A stretch of DNA of 61,692 nucleotides, the filler included, from Basidioascus undulatus (lineage: Eukaryota): NCBI GenBank assembly GCA_000826855.1. It is 8 parts of 8 records of this genome, joined end to end, with 100 filler letters (N's around TTAATTAATTAA, not from the genome) between each part and the next. Parts side by side here need not be neighbours in the genome. Positions count along the whole stretch, not along the records: positions 15,476 to 23,108 come from JTLS01001515.1; positions 23,209 to 30,835 come from JTLS01001516.1; 6 more parts are not named here. One strand, given 5' to 3'. The first letter of the stretch is position 1. Every line of letters begins with the position of its first letter. The notes beneath the pieces were generated by a model. The model did not search any database. It worked only from the letters and a program-made list of their open reading frames with translations, and was not told where the DNA came from. A program made the position numbers and the translations under genes. This document shows, one piece after another, positions 15,476 through 26,513 of the stretch.

Positions 15476-16679
15476 GTAGAACATGCTGAGCCCGACGCGG
15501 GTGTGCGCGTCCCCCGCCTCCGTCTCCACTAGCACGGTCGGCTTCTCCTTCCCGTCACTCTTCCCGGGGATCCGCCCCCGCCTCCTCACCCTCGCAAGCA
15601 ATTTCCAGATCCCCTTCTACCGCGACATCCTCCTCCTCTGCGGCGTGTGCTCCGTCAACCGCAGGAGCTGCGAGAGGATTTTGAGGAAAGGACCGGGAAA
15701 CGCTATTTGTATTGTCGTGGGAGGCGCGGCGGAGAGCCTGAATGCTCACCCCGGGACCAGCGATTTGGTTTTGAGGAAGAGGCTGGGATTTATTCGGATT
15801 GCTATTAGACAGGGGTGAGTTTGTTGTGGGAGAGGAAGGAGGGGGAGGCGCACGCTGACTTTTCTGGAATGTAGGGCCGACCTCGTCCCCGTCTTTTCGT
15901 TCGTGCGTCCCAGCGCTCTCCTCTCCTTCTCTTTGCCCTTCCTCCATACAGCTAACCTGCCAGCCTCGACGCGCCCATACTCGTGCAGGGCGAGAACGAC
16001 GTAGGCCCTCCTTTCCTTCCCCCCTGCCCTCCTCTCCTTCCGTCCCTCGCTCCCGATCTCTCTGGCTCATCATCCCTCGTACGCGCGAGCAGATCTACGA
16101 GCAGCTCTCCAACGAGCGCGGGACGTCCGTCTACGCGCTCCAGAAGCGCTTCCAGAAGATGTTTGGGTTCACGCTCCCCCTGTTTCACGGGCGGGGGATC
16201 TTCAACTGTCCGTCCCTGTCCCCACTCCTCCCTTCCCTCCTCGCTTCCTATCCCCCTCCCCCTCTCTCCCCATCCTTCCCTTCTCCCTTCTATCCCCACT
16301 TCTTCATTTCCTCTGTTCCGAAGCGAGAAGGAAAATGAAAAGGGAAAGGAAGCCAGTGCTGATTCGGGATGGGGGATGTGTGGGTGGACCAGACAACCTC
16401 GGCCTCATGCCATACCGCCACCCGATCGTCTCCGTCGTCGGCCGCCCGATCGCCGTCAAGCAGCACGACAACCCCAGCACGGAGATGCTCGAGGACGTGC
16501 AGAGGCGGTATATCGATGAGCTTATGCGGTGCGGTCCTTCCTCACCACCTCCCCTCTTCCCCACCTCTGATTTCTGCGGGGCCTGATACTTGGGGGACGG
16601 GGGGGACGGCAGCATTTGGGACAGGTACAAGGACGTCTACGCCGCGAACCGGACGAAGGAGCTCACGCTCGTCGACTGA
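15476..16679 (+). CDS. DGA1: Diacylglycerol O-acyltransferase 2 (DGAT2), 3' part
   Basis: FPSLFPGIRPRLLTLASNFQIPFYRD, IVVGGAAESL, RLGFIRIA, ADLVPVFSF/GEND (12-nt exon 15989-16000)/IYEQ, GFTLPLFHGRG, GLMPYRHPIVSVVGRPI and YIDEL; TGA at 16677-16679. Confidence 0.95.
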
Positions 16680-17310
16680 GCACCCCGCCCGACCGTCCCA
16701 CCCGTCGTCTCGACCCTCTCTATATTAGAACGTAGCTCCCTCCCTATCTCCCACACACGCACATACCACTCCTCGGCCTCCTCGTTCTTCACGACTACTT
16801 CTCATTCCCATTTATTTTTCGTTTCTGGCACGTAACCCTTGGTTTCGGGTATCCTTTTTCCTATTCTTTTTACTGTCTTTGGTCTATGGTTTGGTGTGGG
16901 GAAGGCGGGAGGGGATGATGTGTGGAGAGGAGTGCGGTGAGGGGGCCAGGAGGAGAGGGCGAGGGGATCAGCATGGACACTTCGTTTTTCGAGTTTTGAA
17001 TTGGTTGAGAAACCAGTGCGTTGTTGGTGTGGTTCGCAGAAAGAAGTGGGCTTCTTGCAGAGTGCGACTGCAAGGGGAAAGCGAGATGCATGCAGGGTCA
17101 AGTTGTGAGGGGATGCAAGGCGTCCAGGTCGTGGGCATCTCCTCACTCTCGACTCACAGGCAAAGATTCTGGTCTTGGCGGTTGGCCGTCCGTTATATGC
17201 GTGCTGGGTTTGCAAGAGGGGAGACAACGCATTGAACTCACCCAGCTCACCGCTTGACCCAGTGCTGCGCACGGCTTTGCCCTTTCATGTACTCGTAGTT
17301 TTTCGAGACC

Positions 17311-17344
17311 GACTCGGTGATGAATGTGACTCGGTGATGAATGT
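17311..17344. repeat. Perfect tandem duplication of the 17-mer GACTCGGTGATGAATGT
   Basis: Two exact adjacent copies, seen directly. Confidence 0.9.
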
Positions 17345-19379
17345 GATTCATCGCTATAGTGGTTGAAGATACTACTGCATAGCATCAGGATCTAGAATGT
17401 TTAGACGAATGGGCACGCTTCAGTTGTGCGGTGGAGAGCCGGCGTTGCAACCGCTGCAGCAATGGGAGCTCGCCCAAGGCTCGTCGAGATAGGCAGACTG
17501 GAAGAAGGCCACATATATTGAAATCCAATATTCTTTCATTCGTAAATTTTGAACTCCAGATACATGGTATAGATGCCTGCCAGTCCGTTGGCCTGGCACG
17601 CTGGCGTACGAGCTCCGACATCCACCTGTGTGACCACATCCGACCCAGCGGCTGTCGCCTATCGACATCAGCGTCGCAAAGTAATGAAACGGCCAAGCTT
17701 TAGCCCACTTCTCCATTAGCCCTCTTCTATATTCGCTGAGCTCTTCCAGGGCATTTGGGGGGCATTGCCTGTACTGACACTGAAGTGTTCGCGCTGAAGG
17801 TGAACCCGGCGATGCTCATGGTGACCCTTATGCTGCACCTTCTGGAAGCCAAACTACTTTCCTAGAGGATACGCATTGCTGCACAACTCAGGAACGCGTG
17901 CGCTGCTGTGCCCTTTACTTGCTACTGGGGGAGCATGTCGGACCACCGTCAAGCATGCATAATTACGAAATGCTCCAAAAAGATTTCATGTATCAAGAAG
18001 CCGTTTTTCCGCGATCAAGGGATCGTACATAGCCCGTTGCAACCTTCGCCTGCTGCCCCCATCAGACATCGAGGCTCAACGTCTTGCGATACTTCGAGTC
18101 ACTGTCGAGATCCCAAATGGAGCCGTCGTAAATGCGCCCGTAGGACTGCTCAATAGTATACTGAAGGACGACGAGCTTGACAAGGCTGGAAGCAGGAAGC
18201 TCAGCCAGAACGGTCTGCTTGAAAATGTCACTGGTAGCGCCATCCGCGCTGAGGAAGAAAATCAGTTTCTGCAGCGATAGTGCCTCTTGTCCCACACGCG
18301 TAACACCCTCGATGTAAAATAAAAATATGTCGTCCCAGGACCACTCAACACAGACCGTGAGATGCGAAAGGCAGCCGAGCTGAACAATGTTTCCAGTCAA
18401 CACCCGATTGCGGAGGCAGAACTCTCCGACAGAAAGGTGTGTGAGCTCGCACTTGATTGGCTGCAGCGAGCGAAGAAGAGCGGGCTATTCAGTGCATGCA
18501 ACTTCTTTAAGCTTGGGACGTTTCTCGACATGGGTGGACAACAAATCTATAATAAGACTGTCTTTGAGACAATTGGACATGGCGATGCGTTCTAGACTTA
18601 GTGCACGGGAGGTCAAGCGCGCGATGACGGTGGTGAGTGCCTCTAACGTTTGGCTGTCCGTCGCTGGGTACGCGAAAGGCAGGGAGATCTACCTTGCCAA
18701 GGAGCGCGGGCCTTCCCTCGGCGGTGTGGGCAAACGCCCGGAAGATCTGCATGTCAGGACCCCTGAAGATGCCAATCGAGAAGAAGTCGATCGAGGATTA
18801 GAGCGCTTCGGCTGCGCGGTGTCCTTGCAGCCGTGCGAGACGAGGCCAAGCGAGGCCAGCGTGGCTGAGTCCTGGCCGTACGCGAGCGGGTGAACCGGAG
18901 CAGCGACGGCGTCCACAACCGAGTCTGAGGGCGTCGACGTGGAGATAGGGGACGGACATGTTGATTGAGGTGGACGTTCGGTACGAGATCGTTTAGAGAA
19001 GGGCGAGAGGGATAGAGGCACGAGGGCCGGATAAGGTGGTGGGTGGTACATAGTCAAGCGCGGGCAAGTGTCTGTCGAAACGTTGGCCCTCGGAGCAAAG
19101 TTGAACGTCGAACTTCCCGCATCCGTCTCGCTCTTCGGTAGGGCAGAGTATCTTTCGTCGCCTGGGAACTGTGCTGAGACTTGAACGACCTGCCGAGTAA
19201 TAGTGTGTGATATTGGCCAAAGGAAGCAGTCGCCGTCCAGGTGAGGAACATGAGGCAGTAAGCTTCAAAAGCTTCCCCAACACAAAGACATGAGAGCCAT
19301 GAGACAAACCGGAAATTAAACGTCAACAGTATGTCAAGCGTCCCGAAACTGCGAACGAGCGTGTTCCAGCTGGCGAACG

Positions 19380-20566
19380 TCGGTCCGGGCGAATGACGAG
19401 GGGAGATGCGGTGGGAGAAGAGGGTGTCGAGCTCTTCAAAGGTGCGCTTTCGCGTCTCGGGCATGTTGAAGAAAGACAGACTGTATAGAAACTTCAGCTC
19501 AAGTCGCCAGTAGGAGCTCAGAATTAAAGGTAAGAGCGCACCACGTGAAAGAAGGGCCAGTCCGCCGAAAATGAACCCAACTTTGCCGCCGAGGTTGGCT
19601 TCGTCTGGGTTGAGGAGGTACGGTATGACAATATTCTGGGAAGCGTAGACACATAAAGATAATGCTTCAACAGAACGGCAGGAGGAGGAAAGTGTGGGGA
19701 CTGACGGATATCAGTCCGACCACGGTGTTGGTCATGTAGCCAAGGTGGATCGCCTTGGAGCGCAGACGAGAGTTAGGGACGCCAGCGAAGAAAGCGTACG
19801 CCCCGGGGCCGATAGTGGCGAAATAGAGAAAGTTGTATACGAGCGTGAAGGATGCCATGGCCATCCGCGCCTGCCCGCCAGGAATCACGCCCAGGATGCC
19901 GACCAGGAGAATGCAGACGGTGAGGACGACGAGGCCCCAGAGCCAGAGGGGTCGTCGGCCGAAGCGGTTGAGCATCCAGAACGACATGATACCCGATTCC
20001 GAGAGCGGAGACGCCGAGGCCGAGGTCGTAAGACCTTAATTGAGCGAAGCCGGCAAGCTGGAAGAAGCTTTTGGCCGGGAACAAGGCAGTGTCCGTGAAA
20101 CAGGCTGCGTTAACAGCCCCGAGCAGCGTACTAGGTGCTGAACCCTATGACGAAGGTGACGCCTTGAAGAGTAAGGATGCAATGAGTTAGAAGACGTCGC
20201 GCAGAGCAAGGCTTGACGCACCGCAGAGTTGCTGTATCAAGAAAGTCGAGCAGCCAATCAAGGTGCGGCTGGAGAGCCACCCAGCAAGATCAGTACGGAA
20301 ATGCCCAAAGCCATTACGGAACAAATTGCTCACTATCGGTCAACGCCCTTGAAGCAGTCCAGCACGCTGGCGCCCGTTCGCCTCCCTGCGCGTACGCTCG
20401 ATCGTCTCCGAGATCGCAGCAACCTTGCAATCCAACGCGTCCTCCGGGGTACCCAGACGCCTGAGCGACTTCTTGGCGGCTTCTGCCGGCCTTTGCGTAT
20501 GAGGTGCCAGGGGCTATCGGGCATGGAAGGGACTCCGCAGAGGAGGATTAAGGCGAAAAGCCACTG
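19380..20566 (-). pseudogene. C-terminal half of an MFS sugar porter (maltose/alpha-glucoside permease-like), frameshifted; 3' end approximate
   Basis: QWLFAL..MPDSPWHLIRKGR, LDCFKGVDRYRTLIG..QQLCG, FSTYFFQLAG, NRFGRRPLWLWG, IGPGAY..SRLRSK, PYLLNPDEANLGGKVGFIFGG and PETRKRTFEELDTLF. Frameshift near 19995, and a shifted segment at about 20370-20485. Confidence 0.85.
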
Positions 20567-20821
20567 GTGCATCGGGTAGTGAATCAGGTAGTCCGGAGTG
20601 CAGAGCTCGTCGACCTGTGTCAAGGGGCACTCTATGAGCTGGATATCTCCGGCGTTAGGGGTGAGTATGGAAATAAACGCACGATATCGGCGTTGCCCGT
20701 CCCCCAGTACTCCTGCAGACCCAGCAGATGGTAAGTCGATTGAACCGAGGTGTACTCTCAACAACATAGTTACCTCGAAGTACTTCCCGATAACCGCCTT
20801 GTTCTGCTCGGTCGAGGGCAT
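20567..20821 (-). pseudogene. N-terminal fragment of a SnoaL/NTF2-like (ester cyclase-type) gene, fused to the transporter fragment
   Basis: Spliced: MPSTEQNKAVIGKYFE/EYWGTGNADI/VDELCTPDYLIHYPMH, which matches the SnoaL-like N-terminal pattern; transporter sequence follows immediately. Confidence 0.75.
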
Positions 20822-20901
20822 TGTGAACGTAGCGTGGGATGGATGGGGTGCGCTGTTGTGTTGTGATGGTAGTAAGAGGCTAAATGACGCGCCGTCAGAT
20901 G

Positions 20902-20909
20902 CTTTTATA
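20902..20909 (-). promoter_or_regulatory. Putative TATA box of the SnoaL-like/transporter chimera
   Basis: TATAAAAG on the minus strand about 80 bp upstream of the ATG at 20821. Confidence 0.5.
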
Positions 20910-21993
20910 CGCTACGGATGGCGAGTGGGTGGAGTGCTCACTTTTAAGAACAAGCGCGTGCGCGGCCGGTCACTTTCGCAGCAATCGTTTCGAGAGCAAA
21001 TAATGCAGTAGACTGCGTCAGAAGAAGGTTCACTAACACCAAGGTGAACTCTGGAAACCTCTCAAGCTTTCGCATCGTGGGCATGAACTCGTCGACAACA
21101 TGCTCATGTTTCCACTGGCACTCCAGGTCTGCCAGAGAAGTGCATGAGGCTCGACCGTCTCCTTTCAAGCCGAGCCGGATACATAGGTGGTAGGATAATC
21201 TCACAATGACAAGCTATTCTAAGCCGGGTGCCATTTGGATCAGCTTGGTTTCTCTAATGGTGTCGAGTCCGCAGTGCCAGTCAACCTACTGGGTCATTAT
21301 GAAGGAACACCCAGCTCGGCAAGTCCGAGTCTTTTCTAAGAAAACTCTAAAGTATTGTATCTCAAAATCAGATCTTACCCTCACTGCCTCAAGTGGCCTG
21401 GGAATACACTGTATGCACTCGAAGGTCGGCACTTGCTAGCACTTACTTTGGGTGCTAACCGGCTGCATCGTCGTCCAAATCGTTTGAAAGCATAGACCAG
21501 ACACTAATTAAGATCACCTGAGACTAACGGAACAGTCGCTGAAAGCTCGCTCGCTGCTGTCGTCCAGACATGCAGCTCTACCGTCCGCTGCGCCGCTGCT
21601 GGCCGTAAAACCACAGCGAGAATGACTCGCCCAGTGTAAGCTTCTGATTCCCATGCCTAAATCCAGAGTGTACACTCTCTGCCTTCGTTGTCTGTCTGCA
21701 GTCCATGCTTTGCCGTAACGGTAGCGACGCTGCAGTGGGACGGAGCACTTCATGTAGCAACCTCCTAAATGGACACGAAGCAGCCACTGTGAAACTTTGT
21801 GATCCCAAGGCACATTATACCTCTGAAAACTGCCAAGAGAAGAACTGTTGGAGAAAGACCACTCATCCAGCTCTTTCTCGAACCGCACACCTTCGCAGCG
21901 TACAAGCTCAGCACCCGGCCCGTCCTATCCCTTCTCCCTCTCCTTCCCCTCCCCGTTCTACCTCCTCCTCCCTCTCCCCAACCTCAAACCAGC

Positions 21994-22716
21994 ATGTCCC
22001 TTCCCGACTGGGACCCGTCCTCCCTCCCCTTCCCGCACCCAACAACCGCCCCGCAGACCGTGACGGTCGCTGAGCTGTCCACGTTGCTCACGACCAAGAA
22101 AACGGGGGAGGACTACGTGGTTGTGGATGTGCGGAGGGAGGATTTGAAGGTGCGGTTTGGTCTTGAGATAGGCTTGTTGTGAGTTGGTTGGTTGACAGGA
22201 GAGGCGGGGTAGGGCGGGATGGTACCGACTGCGTGCGTCGTTTCTGCTGGGGAGGAGAGCCGGGGAGAGCTGACAAAGATGGCGATGGACGCGGACGGAA
22301 ACAGGATCAACCTCCCGGCGCAGTCGTTCTACCACACTTTGGATGGGGTCGTCCCCCTTCTGGCGCCCCGCATTCCCATCGTAATCTTGTCCGCCCCCTT
22401 TCCCTTTTCCCTCATCCCCCTTCCTAGCCTCTTCCCTCCTCCCCTCTTCCCCGATTCCCCTTCCGTCGTTCTTCCGCTTACATACTTCCTAGATTACATA
22501 CTTACTAATGATGGATCCGCCCGTACCAGCTACTGTTCCAAAGGCACCCCCGGCCCGACCGGGCGGTCGCACCTCTGCGCGTCCTGGTTCCGCCAGCGCG
22601 TGGAGTGCGAGGCGCGCGAGCCTGTGAAGGTGGGCGTGCTCGAGGGGGGGATTAAGGGCTGGGAGGCGGGCGTGGACAAGGGGGATGGGAGGCTGTGGAA
22701 GACTGTGGGCGGGTAA
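21994..22716 (+). CDS. Rhodanese-fold Cdc25-like phosphatase/arsenate reductase (Ych1/Acr2-like), 4 exons
   Basis: DYVVVDVRREDLK/GGMVPTA/INLPAQSFY..IVIF/YCSKGTPGPTGRSHLCASW..VGVLEGGIKGW. Confidence 0.85.
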
Positions 22717-23236
22717 TGAGACGAGTGGGGAGTAGGAGGGAGGAGGGATAAGAGAGCGATGTGCAATGTGCGATGAGTGAGCGCGACGAGTGAGCGATGT
22801 ATCGCATCGGCTGGAGGGTTAAGCGAAGCGAGGCGCTGCAATCGATGCACTCAGCCTAGACTGCGTGCTGTAGGCGGATCAGCACGGACCCGACGCAGGA
22901 TAGCTGAGCACGAAGAATAGGCGAGTACGAAAGATGAGTGAGCGCGCCCGAAAGCTCATCATCCCAGCCCAAGCTCCTGCATGCGCGCGTGAGGGAGTGC
23001 GGGGGCGATCCGTCATTCATCCACGTATTGCACCTCGCCCTCGCCTGCACCCTCGCCCTCGCCCTCCTCGCCAACAGCGAAGTGATCTACTCCTACCGCC
23101 TCCAGCGCNNNNNNNNNNNNNNNNNNNNNNNNNNNNNNNNNNNNNNNNNNNNTTAATTAATTAANNNNNNNNNNNNNNNNNNNNNNNNNNNNNNNNNNNN
23201 NNNNNNNNCCTCCCCTCCCCTCCACACCAACACCCA

Positions 23237-24196
23237 TCACGCCGTGTTGCGAAGCACTGCACCCGCCCCGTGCTGCCGTCAGCTTACGCTCGCTGGACTG
23301 GAGGGTGGGAGACGTACCCAGAATGACCGAGTCGCCCCTGCAGGACAGAAAAGAGCCGGGGAATGAGCATCATTCTGTAGAGGAAGAGGAGAGACGAAGA
23401 GGGGAAGGGGAAGATATGATGGGCGTACCGCAAGAACATCTTTGAGATGAACCGGTCCTTGTTCACCGGCTGCTTGTTCTTGCCCTTCGGCACTTCTGTC
23501 CACATCTGGGCCGCGGCAGAACAGCACGCGTGTCAGCTGCGGCGGAAAGCGGGGGATGGGAAGGGGATGAGAGGTAAAGGCACCTCCTTCACGTTCTCCA
23601 GCACCTGGGAAGAGGGAGAAGAGCGCTGGTCAGTGATCGTGTGATGGCTTGGTGGGTGGAGCTGCTACGCCTGCCCCCGAACGGCGCGTGCTGTAGGTGG
23701 AAGTCCACACAACTCCAAATGACATCTCCCTCCGGAACCTACTGGCGTTCCCAGCTATCCCTTGCCCCCGCTCGCCGCCCTCCCAAGCCTGGACGTCACC
23801 TGAGCCGGCTCCCGCCCTCCTCTCCTACGCCCGCGCGTCCTTCCATCCCTCGTCCTCCCTTGTAGCCTTCTACGCAGCATGTGCCCCGTTCCACGCGCAA
23901 TAGCCAAGACTGACCATGTTAGAATGGCGGTCGAACGCCTTTACGCGCGCGAGGAGCTTGCGGTTGTTGCGGAGGGAGATGAGGATCTGAGTGTTGTTCT
24001 TGACCGACTGCTGCAAGACCGAGAGCGGGCCCTGGCTGATCTCGAACTGCAGCCACGTCCCACCATTCCACCCGGCATCAGAATCAGGATCAGGGGCCCT
24101 GCGAAGGCGCGGAGGGGCGGGAAGGCGGACCTCCTCCAGCTGGCGGAGCTGCGCCTCGTCGAGCTCGGACTTGGGCGTATTTTGGTACTGAGACAT
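23237..24196 (-). CDS. SMD2: Small nuclear ribonucleoprotein Sm D2, 6 exons
   Basis: [103 protein letters not shown]. Confidence 0.97.
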
Positions 24197-26513
24197 CGTC
24201 GGACGGTCGGTGGGCGCGCCGAGGGAGTTGTGTGTGCGGTGGGGGAAGCGGAGAGCGAGCAGGCGAACGGGCAAGATGGAGGACTGCACGCGGCGGAGAG
24301 TGAGCGCCTTCCATGAGCGCGTTCAAAAGTTAGGGTTACGCGGCTTGTCCTGGCTGTGTACAGCACGAAGCTGCTTAAATGCAGATTATTCCTTGCTACG
24401 GGGGTTTCCTTGTCTGAAAGTGCTGGAAAATAGAGGCAGTCTCTCATAGAGTGATATGGGGATGAATGCAAGTGCAAGCGTGCTGACCGTCGGCAGTCTG
24501 GGATGCTGGGATGCAGGCACTCAGCGCATGCAGCCTGAGCACTCGGCGTGCACACGCGGAGAATATAATGCATGCTATGCGCGGAAAATGCTTTATTTCG
24601 TAAATGGTTTGAAGTTCCCTTCAGATCACCCATTACTGGGCTGCGGTCGGCGTGGAAGCCAAATATACTGCCGACGCACGCGAGTACCGACGCTGGACCC
24701 GATGTTCTCCCCGCCAGACATGGCGCGGACGACTTTGCCTAGCGGGCCTTCATAACATACCTTCTTAATTCCCCGATCCCATCAATGTTAACCGACACCG
24801 GTGATCAGTTGCGATCTGAAAAGATGTTAGAACGAACCAGTTCAGCTGCGTCCTGGCTCACGAGTCGTCGGTCTTTGCAGCACCAAAGTGAATGCATGAG
24901 CTTGTCTAGGTGAACACGCTCACCAAAACTATTACATTCTTTCACCCCTCTATCTGGTTGTCCCCGTCTATAGATACTCTCAGCCTGGCGACGGGCAAGT
25001 GGCAGACACTGCTCCTGGTCGCAAATCCCGTAAGCCATGTTCCTTTCGACTCCTGGTGCGAGCGCCTTCCAAGTTGAGCTTATAAGGCTTTTCTTGAGTG
25101 TTAAATGAGCTTCCGAATTCGTCTGGGCATATGTTTGAGTTAATACTGAAGAAGGGGAATGCCAGAACGGACGGACAAAGTGCAACTTGCAGCACAGTGC
25201 ACAAATGCAGGCCCCGGCCCGGTTCAGTTAGTTTGTGCTCCGAGCAAATGAAAAAACCTTCAATAACCCAGTCCATCGTTTCCCCAACCGCGGGAGTGCT
25301 TGGGAGGTTGTGAAAAAAACATGTCAACACCACAATCGAACGCGAACGACGAAGTGGATGATCGCATCCCACCCGCAGTGCAGCCTAACAATGCCCAACG
25401 ACCGCCCGTTGGCTCTTGCAGCAACCGCCCTCAGACAAGATGTTTAAATGGTGCAACTTGGGCCCTAGCCAGATTCAGCAGCATCGATTCATCCACTCGT
25501 GGTTGACTACATGGCGTCACGAACTGACAGCGCACTCCGCCCAGCGGGGCGTTCGCAACTGGCATCGGGTCGCTTGTCGCAGATTCTTGGTAGACGCTGT
25601 CCAGGATGAGCGTGGGCCGTCATGAGCGTCCGCTTCGCCTAGTGGGCAGTCCGAGCTGCCATGCCCGGAGTCACTGCGCGAACAGCACGTCAGTGCCCGA
25701 CCCGCTCATCCCGCCATGGCCATCAACACAGCTACAAGTAGACTCACCAGGTACTCCGATGCGCTACGCCCCTCCCGATTTTCGGCGCTTCCAGAAGGAA
25801 TGATAGCCGTCCTCCGTCGGCACCCCGACCAAGGCCGCGCCTGGCGGCAGCATGGCCTTGAGATCGCGATGGCCAGCCGCAATGAGAGCCTTAATCTTAT
25901 CCTGAGGATCATAACGACTCTGTGAGCGGCCTTTACAGGTTAGATGGACGGGCAGATACGCACGATGTCGGTCTCGAAGCGATGGCGCTCGATGTCCGAT
26001 CTCAACCACGCGACGGTCTCGGTTCGTGCATCAGAGTGGGGGATGTCTGCGTTAGGCCAGAATCAGCCCAAGCCTGAGATACTACAGCATCGATGGAATA
26101 GAGCACCCACTCCTCGTCGACCTGAGGGCTTTCCGGTAGAGAGCGATGACGCGCGACTTCTGGATGAACTGTGGACGCGCCTTGTTCAGCTCGCGAGGAC
26201 ATCCCAGCCATTCTGCGTGCATACGTACATGTTCCAGGGAGAATCCGCCCGCATCCAGCTTGCGGCGTGCTGTCACAAACGACCGGGCCGGCAGGAACAT
26301 CGTACGGGGTGAAGCGAGACTAGAAGCAGCGGACAAGTCGGAGCGGCGTCAAAAGATCGCCCACGCGTCCGGAGCTTCCGGTCCGGACGGCTTCCGCATA
26401 AGACGTTCGCTGTCCTCCCTCTGCTTCCTCCCTCTCTATTCTCCGCGCTCTCAACACAACAGATCTGTTTCTTTCTCTGACCTGCACCTATTAACTTCCG
26501 CAAACAATAAACA

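Noticed and set aside
22856..23108. Possible gene fragments at contig edges (also about 30936-31004)
   Set aside because: Too short to assign a frame or product reliably.
24330..24338. TAACCCTAA as a telomerase RNA template
   Set aside because: It lies only about 135 nt before the SMD2 start on the same strand, leaving no room for downstream telomerase RNA domains.
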